Assembly: GCA_017503075.1 (NCBI GenBank)
Contig: JAFVTU010000015.1
Coordinates: 36,071-100,070 of the forward strand
Source of the DNA: Paludibacteraceae bacterium
Lineage (GTDB): Bacteria > Bacteroidota > Bacteroidia > Bacteroidales > Paludibacteraceae
DNA: 64,000 bases
Direction: 5' to 3'
A program made the translations under genes and the position numbers. The notes under the pieces are model-generated. The model did not search any database and was not told the DNA's origin. It saw nothing but the letters and a program-made list of their open reading frames with translations. Positions 9,867-20,693 of the stretch are shown here, in pieces; within the stretch, counting starts at the first letter, position 1; every line of letters begins with the position of its first letter.

Positions 9867-11036
9867 TTATTCTATTAATTTTTTACGTAATACGTTCAAA
9901 TATCCATGTCCGTATTTTAGGTCTGGTTCTACATAATTACCCTCAGCCCATTCGTTCCATGATGTTAAAAATACGATTTTATGTTCTTCCTCTTTTTGCA
10001 TTACTAATTCTAATACGGAATCTATTTGTTCTCCAAAAACGGATGGTGTACTATGTGTATAAATGCGCGCAAGTTTTCCACTGCGGGGGGTACGATCCCA
10101 CTGTGGAAATAAAAGAGGATATACATTTTCTCTTTTATCTATTTCTCCGTACAGATGCTTATTTATTTTTCGTTGGTCACATTTTGAAATAATAAAAATC
10201 TTAAATAATCGAACTAATAAACTGCGGAGTAAAACCTCGTGTAAAGGACGTACTAATTGTTCAGCTCGTAGATATCCCCTTCCATGTACTGCATCATAAC
10301 CATGATCAATAATCTCCTGATATAGCTGTTCTGCTTGAGAAGGAATTCTCTTTAGCAAAATATTTAACAACGTAATAGATTTTGTACTAGCAATATTCTG
10401 TTGTAATCCCACAAAATGAATTCCTTTTAATCCATTTTGCTTGGCAAGTGTTTGCCATAATTGGATAAAGGCGGTAGTATCTGGAAAATCCAATGGTTTC
10501 CAAACTAAGAACAATGGTTTTTCGTCTACTGTAATATATCGTTTGTCTTTGAATGCAGGAAGCACATCATAAAAATGCTTTATATACTCATCTTCTGTAT
10601 AAACCATCTTCATGAGTGTCATCTCTTTTTGTTTGCGGGTTCCTGCTTCCCAACTCTTGTTAGTCCAATTATGATTAGCCCAACCCAAACAAAAAGGGAA
10701 GTCAGGTTTGCCACTTGTTAGTACTTCTTGAAATGGACGCTCAAGCAACTTGTGATCGTGACTAAACCAATAATGCCAATAGCAGAATCCTTCTATGCCA
10801 GCTTCACGAGCCATTTGAGCTTGTTGCTCACGCACTTCATGTACACGCAAATCATAAAATCCCAAATCGGCAGGAATTCGGGGTTGGTAGTGCCCCTTGA
10901 AAAGTGGCTTTGCTTTCGCTACATTAGTCCATTCTGTGAAACCTTTTCCCCACCATTTATCATTTTCTGGTATAGGGTGAAACTGAGGAAGATAGAATGC
11001 TATGACGCGTGCTTTGGGTTTGTTGTGTGAGTTCAT
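9867..11036 (-). CDS. WbsX-like (glycoside hydrolase family 99-like fold) polysaccharide biosynthesis protein
   Basis: AFYLPQFHPIPENDKWWGKGFTEWTNV motif. I prefer the ATG at 11036 (MNSHNKPKARVIAFY), which removes the overlap with the upstream gene. The ORF track extends to 11093. Confidence 0.7.
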   Translation of the reverse strand: MNSHNKPKARVIAFYLPQFHPIPENDKWWGKGFTEWTNVAKAKPLFKGHYQPRIPADLGFYDLRVHEVREQQAQMAREAGIEGFCYWHYWFSHDHKLLERPFQEVLTSGKPDFPFCLGWANHNWTNKSWEAGTRKQKEMTLMKMVYTEDEYIKHFYDVLPAFKDKRYITVDEKPLFLVWKPLDFPDTTAFIQLWQTLAKQNGLKGIHFVGLQQNIASTKSITLLNILLKRIPSQAEQLYQEIIDHGYDAVHGRGYLRAEQLVRPLHEVLLRSLLVRLFKIFIISKCDQRKINKHLYGEIDKRENVYPLLFPQWDRTPRSGKLARIYTHSTPSVFGEQIDSVLELVMQKEEEHKIVFLTSWNEWAEGNYVEPDLKYGHGYLNVLRKKLIE

Positions 11037-11044
11037 ATCGTCTT

Positions 11045-11677
11045 TTATCTGAGTGTTTTTATGATTTTTGCAGGTGAGCCTGCTGCCATGCAATAAGAAG
11101 GAATGTCTTTGGTTACCACGCTATTAGCGGCAATAACGCTTCCTCTCCCAATCTTTACATTAGGCATTATCATTGAACCTTCGCCTATCCATACATTATC
11201 TTCTATGATTACAGGACCATTACTGATGAGTTCTCTTTTATAAGGAGGGATGTCTAATTTTTCGTTTTTATCAACAGAGTTGCCATGTGCATTATCGGTG
11301 ATTAAAACACGCGGACCAGTTAATACGTTGTTACCTATCACAATTTTATTGATAGCCGTAATATGTGACTGAGCACCTATGCTACAATTATTACCAATAG
11401 TTATTTCTGGCGAAAATGTTTGTTTAGTATGTGGATAATACGAATATGCTGTCAGACGACCGTAATCTCCTATATGCGAATTGGCTCCAATGGATATATA
11501 TTTCTCTCCTATATAAATCGTATGCGGTCTCAAGGTGCTTTTTTCTCCGAGGTGTCTAAATTGTCTAGACTTGTAGCCAACAAAGCAATGAAGCTTGATG
11601 GCGTCCCATTTGTCCAATATAGTTTTTGGACAAATGTATGAATATAATTTACCAATGAAAAATAGTAGTTGTTGCAT
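11045..11677 (-). CDS. Hexapeptide-repeat (left-handed beta-helix) O-acetyltransferase
   Basis: Repeated [LIV]-G-x4 hexapeptides (IGNNCSIGAQSHI, IGNNVLTGPRVLI, IGEGSMIMPNVKIGRGSVIAANSVV). I prefer the start at 11677 (MQQLLFF). The track extends to 11722. Confidence 0.75.
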   Translation of the reverse strand: MQQLLFFIGKLYSYICPKTILDKWDAIKLHCFVGYKSRQFRHLGEKSTLRPHTIYIGEKYISIGANSHIGDYGRLTAYSYYPHTKQTFSPEITIGNNCSIGAQSHITAINKIVIGNNVLTGPRVLITDNAHGNSVDKNEKLDIPPYKRELISNGPVIIEDNVWIGEGSMIMPNVKIGRGSVIAANSVVTKDIPSYCMAAGSPAKIIKTLR

Positions 11678-11678
11678 A

Positions 11679-12614
11679 TTAGTGTTTGTGTGTTTTATGT
11701 ATTCGGTACCAATAATAGGCATATAAAATTATGGATACAGGCAGTAATGCGATTGTGAGTATCTTTGTTTGTGTTGACGCGTTTTCTAGTGTTGGTTTTA
11801 TTTGTGTGTAATCAATACTCTTGCGAAAACATGCTATAGCAAGCCTTATCATTTCAAATGATAAGCGAATCAATAGTAATAGTTTGTGGTCGCCAGTTGT
11901 TTTTTGTATTTTGTATAATAAGTATTTTAGTGTACCATTCGTAAGTTTTGTTAATGAGCCATTAGTCGTTTTCCCCGTAGGACAAAGGAAATAATATGCT
12001 CCACAGTATTGTGCTAAGTATTCAACCTTTGGATAAGCACAAAAAACTTTTATATGAAAATCCCAATCCTCTCGTTCCTTTATCTCGGATGTATTTCTAA
12101 TATCATGCTTTGTCAAAAACGAATGTCTATATAAAAATGCATGTAATGGAATTGTACCAAAAACACCCCAACCAGCTAATAATTTGAATAGATTTAAACG
12201 GAATCCCATCAATTGCGAATTAATCATTCCATCAGATTGGGTAAATTTGTAGTTTGTGTAAGTGACGTCTAACCCTTTTTGATCCATTAACTCAACTTGA
12301 CGCTCCAACTTATCTTTAGCGATAGTATCATCTGCATCTATAAATTGTATGTAATCGCCTTCTGCATATTGTAATCCTACATTGCGAGCAGAAGCAGAGC
12401 CTCCGTTCTCTTTCTGTATAAGCTTTATACGAGAATCATTAATTGCTATATCCTTTATGATGTCTGCACTATCATCCGTTGATCCATCATCCACCACAAT
12501 CATTTCCCATGTAGTAAGCGTCTGCTGTTGTACGGATGCAATTGTTTGGGCGATATACTGCGCTGAATTATAGCAAGGAGTAATAATGGATACTGTTTTA
12601 ACCTCTTGATTCAT
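11679..12614 (-). CDS. Glycosyltransferase family 2
   Basis: N-terminal VSIITPCYNSAQYI ... VVDDGSTDDS ... DADD motifs of GT2 (GT-A fold). Confidence 0.85.
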   Translation of the reverse strand: MNQEVKTVSIITPCYNSAQYIAQTIASVQQQTLTTWEMIVVDDGSTDDSADIIKDIAINDSRIKLIQKENGGSASARNVGLQYAEGDYIQFIDADDTIAKDKLERQVELMDQKGLDVTYTNYKFTQSDGMINSQLMGFRLNLFKLLAGWGVFGTIPLHAFLYRHSFLTKHDIRNTSEIKEREDWDFHIKVFCAYPKVEYLAQYCGAYYFLCPTGKTTNGSLTKLTNGTLKYLLYKIQKTTGDHKLLLLIRLSFEMIRLAIACFRKSIDYTQIKPTLENASTQTKILTIALLPVSIILYAYYWYRIHKTHKH

Positions 12615-13791
12615 AATTGTTTAATAACGGAGAATAATATACTAGTTGCAAAAATAAGAATGTTTGTACGATGTTATACGCTTCAAAAAGCGACATTAGA
12701 AAAAGTACACATATTGATACAACACCTAAAACGCCTGCTCCATTAGTGGCTTTAAGCGCCCCTCTAACAACATATATGATATTGATAAGAAACCCTCCGC
12801 ACAGAATAACTCCTCCCTGTAATAATAACGTTAATAGTAAGTTATGTGGTCCTGATCCAGCTAAATATGTCATATTCCATTTTACATCTTGTAAACCATA
12901 GCCAATCCAAGGACTTTGTTGTATTTTATATACAGCATTACTCCATATGTATGTTCTGCTGGTGAATGTAGTATCTTTAGAAAGAATGTTTTCAATGAAT
13001 TTAGTCATCAAACTAATTTCTTCAATAGAATTACCATACCATATAATAGCTGCAAAAAATAAGACATATAACACTGCAAAAATGGTCAAATAGATTTTTG
13101 GCCGTTTGATAAATTTGTGGAATATTATATAGATAGTCAAAATAGATAATCCAATAGAAGATGTCATTGAACCTATGTAAATAACAGATCCTAAAGAGAC
13201 TATTATAAGAGCAAACAAATTAAACACTCCACGCTTAGTGGTTAGTGTATACATAGCTTGGGCGGTTATACCTATTAAACACACAAATCCCGTTTGGTTA
13301 TAGTTCCCAAATAAATGGCGTGTAGAATCTCCTGTGCCTTGCCAATCATGATCAATCCATAATCCATCGGGGAACAAAAAGAATAAAATGGCATTCAAAT
13401 AAATTAAGATAGAAAAAGTGGTGGCAATATACTTATAACTATTTTCAATATCATGTTGCCAAAAACATACACCAAGTAATAGGAAAATAATGATATTCAA
13501 CCAATTGAAAAAGGGTGTTAGCCCCAATGTAGAAGATGTTAGTACATACGCTAAAACTGTGTATAATAACCACCACAGATTAACTCGTATATTAAAACCG
13601 TTGGGGCGTATAGCTTGCCTAAAATATTGAATAAATAGTGATATGCAGAAAGCGACCTCAATCGCTTGTACACAGCGTGTGAGCAAGTGTGTACTGCTAT
13701 TTTGAGGCATGGCAATAAAAGTAAAACCTATCATGATTAGATAGATCAATGGTTGCCATATGGATGATTGTGATTGCTGTTGCATTCTCAA
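12598..13791 (-). CDS. wzy: O-antigen/capsule repeat-unit polymerase (Wzy-like)
   Basis: 397-aa polytopic membrane protein with many hydrophobic helices, located between the flippase and glycosyltransferase genes. No other recognisable motifs. Confidence 0.55.
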   Translation of the reverse strand: MRMQQQSQSSIWQPLIYLIMIGFTFIAMPQNSSTHLLTRCVQAIEVAFCISLFIQYFRQAIRPNGFNIRVNLWWLLYTVLAYVLTSSTLGLTPFFNWLNIIIFLLLGVCFWQHDIENSYKYIATTFSILIYLNAILFFLFPDGLWIDHDWQGTGDSTRHLFGNYNQTGFVCLIGITAQAMYTLTTKRGVFNLFALIIVSLGSVIYIGSMTSSIGLSILTIYIIFHKFIKRPKIYLTIFAVLYVLFFAAIIWYGNSIEEISLMTKFIENILSKDTTFTSRTYIWSNAVYKIQQSPWIGYGLQDVKWNMTYLAGSGPHNLLLTLLLQGGVILCGGFLINIIYVVRGALKATNGAGVLGVVSICVLFLMSLFEAYNIVQTFLFLQLVYYSPLLNNYESRG

Positions 13792-15306
13792 CTACTTTCT
13801 TAAATTTGTGAACCAAGTTTTAATGTATTGTTTTTCTTTGTCACTCAATGCGAATGCCCAAATGGTTAACACTCCCATGCTAGCGGCGAATGCGAATGTT
13901 ATTAATATTCTCCATGAAAGAACTAAATAAGTGATTGATAGATAACATGCTACAATCATAGTTAAGCATGGAATGGCTACTCTTAAAAACACATTTTTGC
14001 AGAAACGAGAAATATCTATATCTGCGATGTGTTTCATTAGAGGCAGACGCAGTAGGGAGGTGAGCATTTCAATGACTACATAACTCCACATAATAGAACT
14101 GATGGGTAAATCACATTTTAAACAAATCCATCCGATAACAACTACAAGCAATTTTAATGTATAGAACACAATATTATATGTGCGAAGTTCTCCTATCGCT
14201 TGATTGGCAGATGTTAAACCAATTGAAATCTGATCACACATCGCTGCAACTAAGATGAATTGACAAAACATAACTGCATGTTCTGGCACATTCCCTAACC
14301 AAAGTTGTAGAATCGTATTCATTTCTGCAACTAATGGAATTGCTACGAGTGATAATAATAGGAATGCATATTTACTCGCTGATTCACATAAATGCAACAT
14401 TTTATTTCGTTCTCCCGCACCTTCCGCTTTCATAATCTGTGGATTCATTGCATTCAAAATTGAAGTGGACAGAAATTGAACAGCACCCGATACTTGTTGC
14501 GCTACTCCGTATGCAGAGTTGACTAATGTACCATAAAACAAATTGAGTACTACTGAAATGCCTTGATTGCGTGCGATAACGCATCCCGTTGAATACACTG
14601 TCCAACCCGCAAAATTGCTCAATCCTCTAATATGTTCTTTGTCAAATTCCTTGATTCTAGGGCAATGAAACTCTGGATATTTAATTGCTGCATAGATGAC
14701 AAAAGCCAATAGATTAAAGGTAGAAATACATACCAACAAACCAGAGTAGGAAATAAGAGAGTCATATGAAATTTTAGATAGTAAAATAGCAATCAGCAAC
14801 TTCAATATACCATCTATCACATCCACAACAGATGTGTATATAATATTCTCCCTTGCAACAAACAAAGCCCGAATAGGTGCTGTAATAAAACTGATAAACA
14901 ACATCGCTACAGCCGCAAAATATACGAATAAAGCAGCACCTTTGCGAGCGGCTTCAATGTTTAAAAAGTCGTGTGTTATCCAAGGACCAAATGCACATAA
15001 TCCACCTGCTACCAATAGTCCAATAAAGAAATGTAACAACATGCTGTTACCAAAGACTAAACTAACTTGATGTATGTCTTTTTTTCCATGATAGAAGGAG
15101 AGATAGCGCTGGGTCGTAATCACCAATGCATTGGTTACAAAAGATAGCATCGCAACCACTCCGGCAACTACCGAATATATACCATAATCGCTCTGCCCCA
15201 ATACGGATAGGATGAGCCTTGTAGAATACAAGGACAAACACACATTAATAATTGTTCGTGTGTATTGTGCGATGGTATTTACTATGATGCGTTGCGAATT
15301 GGTCAT
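13792..15306 (-). CDS. wzx: Polysaccharide flippase (Wzx, MOP/MATE-like superfamily)
   Basis: 504-aa polytopic membrane protein. Its size and position next to wzy are typical. Confidence 0.65.
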   Translation of the reverse strand: MTNSQRIIVNTIAQYTRTIINVCLSLYSTRLILSVLGQSDYGIYSVVAGVVAMLSFVTNALVITTQRYLSFYHGKKDIHQVSLVFGNSMLLHFFIGLLVAGGLCAFGPWITHDFLNIEAARKGAALFVYFAAVAMLFISFITAPIRALFVARENIIYTSVVDVIDGILKLLIAILLSKISYDSLISYSGLLVCISTFNLLAFVIYAAIKYPEFHCPRIKEFDKEHIRGLSNFAGWTVYSTGCVIARNQGISVVLNLFYGTLVNSAYGVAQQVSGAVQFLSTSILNAMNPQIMKAEGAGERNKMLHLCESASKYAFLLLSLVAIPLVAEMNTILQLWLGNVPEHAVMFCQFILVAAMCDQISIGLTSANQAIGELRTYNIVFYTLKLLVVVIGWICLKCDLPISSIMWSYVVIEMLTSLLRLPLMKHIADIDISRFCKNVFLRVAIPCLTMIVACYLSITYLVLSWRILITFAFAASMGVLTIWAFALSDKEKQYIKTWFTNLRK

Positions 15307-16199
15307 TATTTTATCTCTCCCAAGTTACTCAAACAAACTTTGAGCGATTCTATCCAATATGGCACCTTCACGCCAAAAGTTGCTTTGATTTTCGTCTTGT
15401 CTAGTACCGAATACGCAGGGCGTTTTACTGGCGATGGGAACTCGTCGCTGTGGCAGGGCTGAATATCGCACTCCGTATGTCCTGCATATTCTGCGATCAT
15501 CTTCGTGAAATCAAACCAACTGCAAACGCCCTCATTGCTATAGTGATACACACCATCATTGTCCTCGTACTTGCGCTCGCCAACAATCTCGTATATCGCC
15601 GCTGCCAAGTCATATGCATAGGTCGGTGTACCCACTTGATCAAACACCACCTTCAACTGTGGCTTCGTAGCGGTCAAGTTTAGCATTGTCTTCACAAAGT
15701 TCTTTCCAAACTCGCTGTATAGCCACGCTGTGCGGATGATAATATGATGGCAGCCTGATGCCAAAATATTTTGTTCGCCCTGCAATTTGGTTTTACCATA
15801 CACTCCCGTCGGTGTACCTTTCTGATCTTCCTTGCATGGTGTGTTGTATGGATCGCCGCCAAACACGTAATCCGTGGACACATGCACGAGCAATCCATCC
15901 ACCTCCTTCATCGCTATTGCCAGATTCTCAACTGCCTTCGCATTCAGCAACTCACACAATTCTTCATCCGTTTCAGCCTTATCCACATTGGTATATGCAG
16001 CACAATTGATAATGCACTTTACGTTTTTTTCTTGCACCATCTTGCGCACCGCTTCCAACGACGTAATATCTAGCAGAGTAGTTTCCACTCCTTCTACTTC
16101 CACTACGTCGGTATATATATAGGTGTCACGACTATTTTTAGCCACAATACGAATCTCATTACCGAGTTGCCCGTTTGCACCAGTTACTAATATATTCAT
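15306..16199 (-). CDS. rfbD: dTDP-4-dehydrorhamnose reductase
   Basis: MNILVTGANGQLG, an STDYVFGG motif, and 297 aa. Confidence 0.85.
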   Translation of the reverse strand: MNILVTGANGQLGNEIRIVAKNSRDTYIYTDVVEVEGVETTLLDITSLEAVRKMVQEKNVKCIINCAAYTNVDKAETDEELCELLNAKAVENLAIAMKEVDGLLVHVSTDYVFGGDPYNTPCKEDQKGTPTGVYGKTKLQGEQNILASGCHHIIIRTAWLYSEFGKNFVKTMLNLTATKPQLKVVFDQVGTPTYAYDLAAAIYEIVGERKYEDNDGVYHYSNEGVCSWFDFTKMIAEYAGHTECDIQPCHSDEFPSPVKRPAYSVLDKTKIKATFGVKVPYWIESLKVCLSNLGEIK

Positions 16200-16205
16200 A
16201 TTTTT

Positions 16206-16790
16206 TTAGTCCTGATTCTTGGTTCCTTGTTCTTGATTCCAAACAAATGGCGAATCAAATTCTGCCAACTTTGGATGTTTCGTATCCTTCTCACTTAGCA
16301 ATGCCTCATTCATCGCCAATCCCCAATCAATACCAAGCGACTCATCCAATATCGAAATGCCACCATCCGCCTCTGGATGATAGAAGTTGTCGCACTTGTA
16401 TTGGAATACCGCACTTTCGCTCAATACCGCAAAACCATGCGCAAATCCCTGAGGGATAAAGAATTGACGATGATTTTCTTCTGTCAGCAATACCGCTACA
16501 TGTTGTCCATATGTCGGACTGCCTTTGCGAATGTCTACAGCCACATCTAGCACCTTCCCTTTCGCACAACGTACCAATTTGCTTTGTGCATAAGGTGGAC
16601 ATTGAAAATGCAGACCACGCATCACGCCAAACTTCGACATGCTTTCGTTGTCTTGTACAAAGTGTATATCACCCACTTTTTCCTTGAATTCTCTCTCCGA
16701 AAAGCTCTCAAAGAAATATCCACGAGCATCACCAAATACCTTTGGCTCAATCACATATACGCCTTCTATCGCCGTCTTTATAACTTCCAT
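16206..16790 (-). CDS. rfbC: dTDP-4-dehydrorhamnose 3,5-epimerase
   Basis: FGDARGYFFESF ... RGLHFQ ... QAKLVRC-like cupin motifs. 194 aa. Confidence 0.9.
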   Translation of the reverse strand: MEVIKTAIEGVYVIEPKVFGDARGYFFESFSEREFKEKVGDIHFVQDNESMSKFGVMRGLHFQCPPYAQSKLVRCAKGKVLDVAVDIRKGSPTYGQHVAVLLTEENHRQFFIPQGFAHGFAVLSESAVFQYKCDNFYHPEADGGISILDESLGIDWGLAMNEALLSEKDTKHPKLAEFDSPFVWNQEQGTKNQD

Positions 16791-16794
16791 AAAA

Positions 16795-17700
16795 TCAGTC
16801 TAATTGCGAAAATCCATTCTGCTTCACATCCTCAATCACCTTCAGCAGATATTGTCCATACTGATTCTTCAGCATAGGCCGTGCCAACTCACGCATACGC
16901 TCCTCCGTAATCCACCCTTGACGGTATGCAATACCCTCCAGACAAGCCACTTTCAAGCCTTGACGTTTCTCCAATACTTCAATATAAGTACTTGCCTCAG
17001 ACAACGAATCATGTGTACCTGTATCCAACCATGCAAAGCCTCTACCCAAAGTTTGCACCTTCAATTCGCCATCCTTCAAAAACTCCTGATTCACAGTCGT
17101 AATCTCATACTCTCCGCGAGCAGATGGCTTGATGTTGGCTGCCACATCCACCACTTTATTTGGATAGAAATACAATCCCACTACAGCATAATTGCTTTTG
17201 GGATTTTGTGGTTTCTCCTCAATACTCAAGCAGTTGCCCTCTTTGTCAAACTCCGCTACACCATAACGCTCTGGATCGCTCACCCAATAACCAAATACGG
17301 TTGCTTTTTTCTCCTCATCTGCTGTGCGGACTGCTTCTTTTAACATGCTCGTAAAACCCGAACCATGGAAGATATTGTCACCCAATACTAAGCAAGCACT
17401 ATCATCACCAATAAACTCCTTACCAATAGTAAACGCTTGCGCCAAACCGTCTGGCGAAGGTTGCTCGGCATAGGTAAAGTTCACACCATAATCACTACCA
17501 TCACCCAACAAACGCTTGAAGCCTGGCAAATCGTATGGTGTTGAGATTATCAAAATATCACGAATACCTGCCAACATCAGCACGCTGATTGGATAATAAA
17601 CCATAGGCTTATCATAGATTGGCATCAACTGCTTACTAATACCTTTGGTGATTGGGTACAAACGTGTTCCCGAACCTCCTGCTAATACAATTCCTTTCAT
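16795..17700 (-). CDS. rfbA: Glucose-1-phosphate thymidylyltransferase
   Basis: [37 protein letters not shown] is the canonical RmlA N-terminus. Confidence 0.92.
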   Translation of the reverse strand: MKGIVLAGGSGTRLYPITKGISKQLMPIYDKPMVYYPISVLMLAGIRDILIISTPYDLPGFKRLLGDGSDYGVNFTYAEQPSPDGLAQAFTIGKEFIGDDSACLVLGDNIFHGSGFTSMLKEAVRTADEEKKATVFGYWVSDPERYGVAEFDKEGNCLSIEEKPQNPKSNYAVVGLYFYPNKVVDVAANIKPSARGEYEITTVNQEFLKDGELKVQTLGRGFAWLDTGTHDSLSEASTYIEVLEKRQGLKVACLEGIAYRQGWITEERMRELARPMLKNQYGQYLLKVIEDVKQNGFSQLD

Positions 17701-17736
17701 AGCATTATATCTTACTTCAAAATTCTTACTTCAAAA

Positions 17737-19008
17737 TTAGTCTCTGCGGAAAATATCCCTTGTATATACTTTTTCTTTTACATCCTCCAGACATACATCA
17801 TAGCGGTTGGCAATAATTGCCTGCGACTGTTGCTTGAATTTCTCTAAGTCATTCACCACCAACGAACCAAAAAACGTTGAACCATCTTGTAGGGTGGGCT
17901 CGTAAATAATTACTTGCGCACCTTTGGCTTTCACGCGTTTCATGATGCCCTGAATACTTGATTGCCTAAAGTTATCCGAATTCGATTTCATCGTCAAGCG
18001 ATACACGCCAATCACGCACGCATGTTCTTCTCGTGCATCGTACTGACCATTGTTATAGTAGTCGTAGTATCCTGCTTTCGCCAGCACGCGGTCTGCGATA
18101 AAATCTTTTCTCGTACGATTACTTTCCACAATCGCCTCAATCAAGTTCTCTGGCACATCCTGATAATTAGCTAACAACTGTTTGGTGTCTTTAGGCAAAC
18201 AATATCCGCCATAACCAAACGATGGGTTGTTGTAGTGTGTGCCAATGCGTGGATCCAGACAAACGCCCTCTATAATCGACTGTGTATCCAATCCCTTCAT
18301 CTCAGCGTAAGTATCCAACTCATTGAAGTAGCTCACGCGCAACGCCAAGTACGTGTTAGCAAAAAGCTTCACTGCCTCTGCCTCCGTAAAGCCCATGAAC
18401 AAGGTATCTACATCCTCCTTAATCGCTCCCTCTTGCAATAATCCCGCAAACTGCTTGGCAGCATCCACCAATCGCTCATTCTTCAAATCCGTACCCACAA
18501 TAATGCGTGAAGGGTACAAATTATCATACAATGCCTTGCTCTCACGCAAGAACTCAGGAGAGAACAATATGTTCTCCGTACCAAACTTCTTACGCACACT
18601 CTCCGTATAACCTACAGGAATAGTGGACTTAATCACCATAATCGTCTTGGGATTGACACGCAAAACCAACTCAATCACTTGCTCCACAGCCGAGGTGTCA
18701 AAATAATTCTTCTGACTATCATAGTTCGTGGGCGCAGCAATGACCACAATCTCCGCCTCTTTGTATGCCGCTTCCGCATCCAAAGTCGCAGTCAAATCCA
18801 ACTCTTTCTCTGCAAAGTACTTCTCAATGTACTCATCTTGAATAGGTGATTGGCGACGATTGATCATCTCTACTTTTTCGGGTACAATGTCCACTGCCAA
18901 CACCTTGTGATGTTGTGCCAGCAATGTCGCAATCGACAATCCTACATATCCTGTCCCCGCTACTGCAATTGTCATATTTACGTTGTTTTTGTTTATTGTT
19001 CGTTTCAC
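17737..19008 (-). CDS. ugd: UDP-glucose 6-dehydrogenase
   Basis: [14 protein letters not shown] Rossmann motif and the [10 protein letters not shown]-like catalytic Cys segment ([11 protein letters not shown]). An alternative, more typical start (MTIAVAG) lies at 18975. Confidence 0.85.
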   Translation of the reverse strand: MKRTINKNNVNMTIAVAGTGYVGLSIATLLAQHHKVLAVDIVPEKVEMINRRQSPIQDEYIEKYFAEKELDLTATLDAEAAYKEAEIVVIAAPTNYDSQKNYFDTSAVEQVIELVLRVNPKTIMVIKSTIPVGYTESVRKKFGTENILFSPEFLRESKALYDNLYPSRIIVGTDLKNERLVDAAKQFAGLLQEGAIKEDVDTLFMGFTEAEAVKLFANTYLALRVSYFNELDTYAEMKGLDTQSIIEGVCLDPRIGTHYNNPSFGYGGYCLPKDTKQLLANYQDVPENLIEAIVESNRTRKDFIADRVLAKAGYYDYYNNGQYDAREEHACVIGVYRLTMKSNSDNFRQSSIQGIMKRVKAKGAQVIIYEPTLQDGSTFFGSLVVNDLEKFKQQSQAIIANRYDVCLEDVKEKVYTRDIFRRD

Positions 19009-19109
19009 TCACGAAAGTGATTCGCTTCGCTCATGTACGCTTCAGCCATTTTCGTAGCCCTTGGCTACCACTTTCGCGGCTTTTGCCGCCACTTTCGCAG
19101 CTCCGCTGC
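19009..19109. repeat. Structured intra-operon spacer with mini-hairpins and a duplicated word
   Basis: tcac-gaaa-gtga (19009-19020), gtagcc-ctt-ggctac (19054-19068), and ccactttcgc at 19068-19077 and again at 19089-19098. Confidence 0.6.
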
Positions 19110-20405
19110 TTACAGTCTTCCGTCCACTACGCTGCGATCCACAAAATCTTTTACATCAAAGATCACAGCGCCTTGCTCTTTGTATTTCTTGAAGTCAAAT
19201 GTCTTAAACTGATTGTGGCTCACACATGCAATCACAGCCTGATACTCTTTGTCTGGATCAATAGCTGCAATCAATTCTTTGCCATACTCGTGCTTTACAA
19301 CCTCGTTGCTTGCCCATGGATCATAAATATCTACATTGCAACCGAAATCTTCCAATTCATCCACTATATCCACAACCTTTGTGTTGCGGCAGTCTGGGCA
19401 GTTCTCCTTGAAGGTTACACCCAGTACCAATACATTCGAATTATTAATCTTATGATCCTTTTGAATCATCAACTTCAGCACCTTATCTGCAATAAACTTC
19501 GCAATCGAGTTGTTTACTGCACGACCCGACAAAATCACCTGTGGGTCATAACCCAATGACTTCGCCTTGTGCGCCAAGTAATATGGATCCACCGAGATAC
19601 AGTGACCACCTACCAAACCTGGACGGTACTTCAAGAAGTTCCATTTGCTTCCTGCGGCCTCAATCACATCGTTAGTATCAATACCTACACGGTCGCAAAT
19701 CAACGCCAACTCGTTCATAAATGAGATGTTTACATCTCGTTGGCTGTTCTCTACTGCTTTTGCAGCTTCAGCCACCTTCATATTTGGCGCTTTGTGAGTG
19801 CCGTTCTCCAAGATACTATTGTACAACGCATCCACCAAGTCCGCAATCTCAGGAGTAGAACCCGAAGTGATCTTCTTAATCTTAGTCAATGTATTCACTT
19901 TATCGCCTGGATTGATACGCTCTGGTGAATAACCGCAGTAGAAGTCCTCATTGAACTTCAACCCACTAAACTTCTCCAAGACGGGTACGCAATCTTCTTC
20001 CGTACAACCTGGGTAAACGGTTGATTCATAAATCACCAAGTCACCTTTGTTCAATGTCTTGCCAATTGTCTCGCTTGCTTTTAACAGCGGAGTTAAGTCT
20101 GGGTTGTTGAAGCGGTCAATTGGGGTAGGAACGGTCACAATATAGGTGTTCACTTGCTTCAAGTCTTCAGGATTGCTTGTGAAAGTAAGTCCAATCTTCT
20201 TGGTGCTCTCATACGCATCACGAGCCTGCTTCATACCCACCAAGTCTGCTTCCAATGTATGGTCTTCGCCACGATTCAACTCATCCACGCGAGCTTGGTA
20301 GATATCAAAACCAATCACACGGTATTTCTTACCATACTCGATTGCAAGTGGCAAACCCACATAGCCCAATCCAATTACTGCAATTACTCTGTCGTTCAAA
20401 TTCAT
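19110..20405 (-). CDS. Nucleotide-sugar (UDP-N-acetyl-hexosamine) dehydrogenase, TviB/WbpO/Cap5O-like
   Basis: VIAVIGLGYVGLPLA Rossmann motif and a GLVGGHCI catalytic Cys segment. I chose the start at 20405 (MNLNDRV) because the 36 upstream codons of the tracked ORF run through the promoter (KKKLYLCT is the TACCTTTG region). Confidence 0.8.
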   Translation of the reverse strand: MNLNDRVIAVIGLGYVGLPLAIEYGKKYRVIGFDIYQARVDELNRGEDHTLEADLVGMKQARDAYESTKKIGLTFTSNPEDLKQVNTYIVTVPTPIDRFNNPDLTPLLKASETIGKTLNKGDLVIYESTVYPGCTEEDCVPVLEKFSGLKFNEDFYCGYSPERINPGDKVNTLTKIKKITSGSTPEIADLVDALYNSILENGTHKAPNMKVAEAAKAVENSQRDVNISFMNELALICDRVGIDTNDVIEAAGSKWNFLKYRPGLVGGHCISVDPYYLAHKAKSLGYDPQVILSGRAVNNSIAKFIADKVLKLMIQKDHKINNSNVLVLGVTFKENCPDCRNTKVVDIVDELEDFGCNVDIYDPWASNEVVKHEYGKELIAAIDPDKEYQAVIACVSHNQFKTFDFKKYKEQGAVIFDVKDFVDRSVVDGRL

Positions 20406-20478
20406 ATCTTTCAAATTTTCTTTAATTTTTGTTCTTGTCTGATTTTCTAAATCAAAAATCTCAATTATATTAAGCGTG

Positions 20479-20514
20479 CAAAGGTACAACTTTTTTTTTA
20501 TATATGCAAGCAAA
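20479..20514 (-). promoter_or_regulatory. Promoter of the polysaccharide locus
   Basis: The + strand caaaggtacaacttttttttta tatatgcaagcaaa reverse-complements to TTGC-N19-TACCTTTG. Confidence 0.6.
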
Positions 20515-20573
20515 TATGTAATATTTGACGTTTAATGCTGTTTTTCTATACTAAACGAGTAAGAATTAGTGAC

Positions 20574-20609
20574 TTTGTTTGTGTATATAAACAAAATAGT
20601 GTACCTTTG
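20574..20609 (+). promoter_or_regulatory. Promoter of the DUF2723 gene
   Basis: tacctttg at 20602-20609, with TTTG 24-28 nt upstream. The 5' leader is about 85 nt and contains tgaac words and the small hairpin gcgct-atg-agcgc. Confidence 0.5.
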
Positions 20610-20693
20610 TAGCCAAATTGCCTAGAATGGGCAATCTTGAACCATATTGAACTATTTTGAACGCGCTATGAGCGCACTGAACAATACATTTTT

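Noticed and set aside
15306-17700. rfbA, rfbC and rfbD are present but rfbB (dTDP-glucose 4,6-dehydratase) is missing, which could indicate a pathway gap.
   Set aside because: rfbB is often encoded elsewhere in Bacteroidota genomes. Absence from a 64-kb window is not evidence of absence from the genome.
20406-20513. N-terminal extensions of tracked ORFs that cross promoters: 20406-20513, 54861-54908, 54878-54970 and 3537-3731.
   Set aside because: The extra codons translate the conserved promoter DNA (KKKLYLC corresponds to the TACCTTTG/A-run). Internal ATGs give canonical N-termini or signal peptides instead.
20406-20693. Invertible (phase-variable) promoter upstream of the capsule locus, as in Bacteroides fragilis.
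   Set aside because: I found no pair of inverted repeats flanking the promoter, and no nearby tyrosine/serine recombinase gene.
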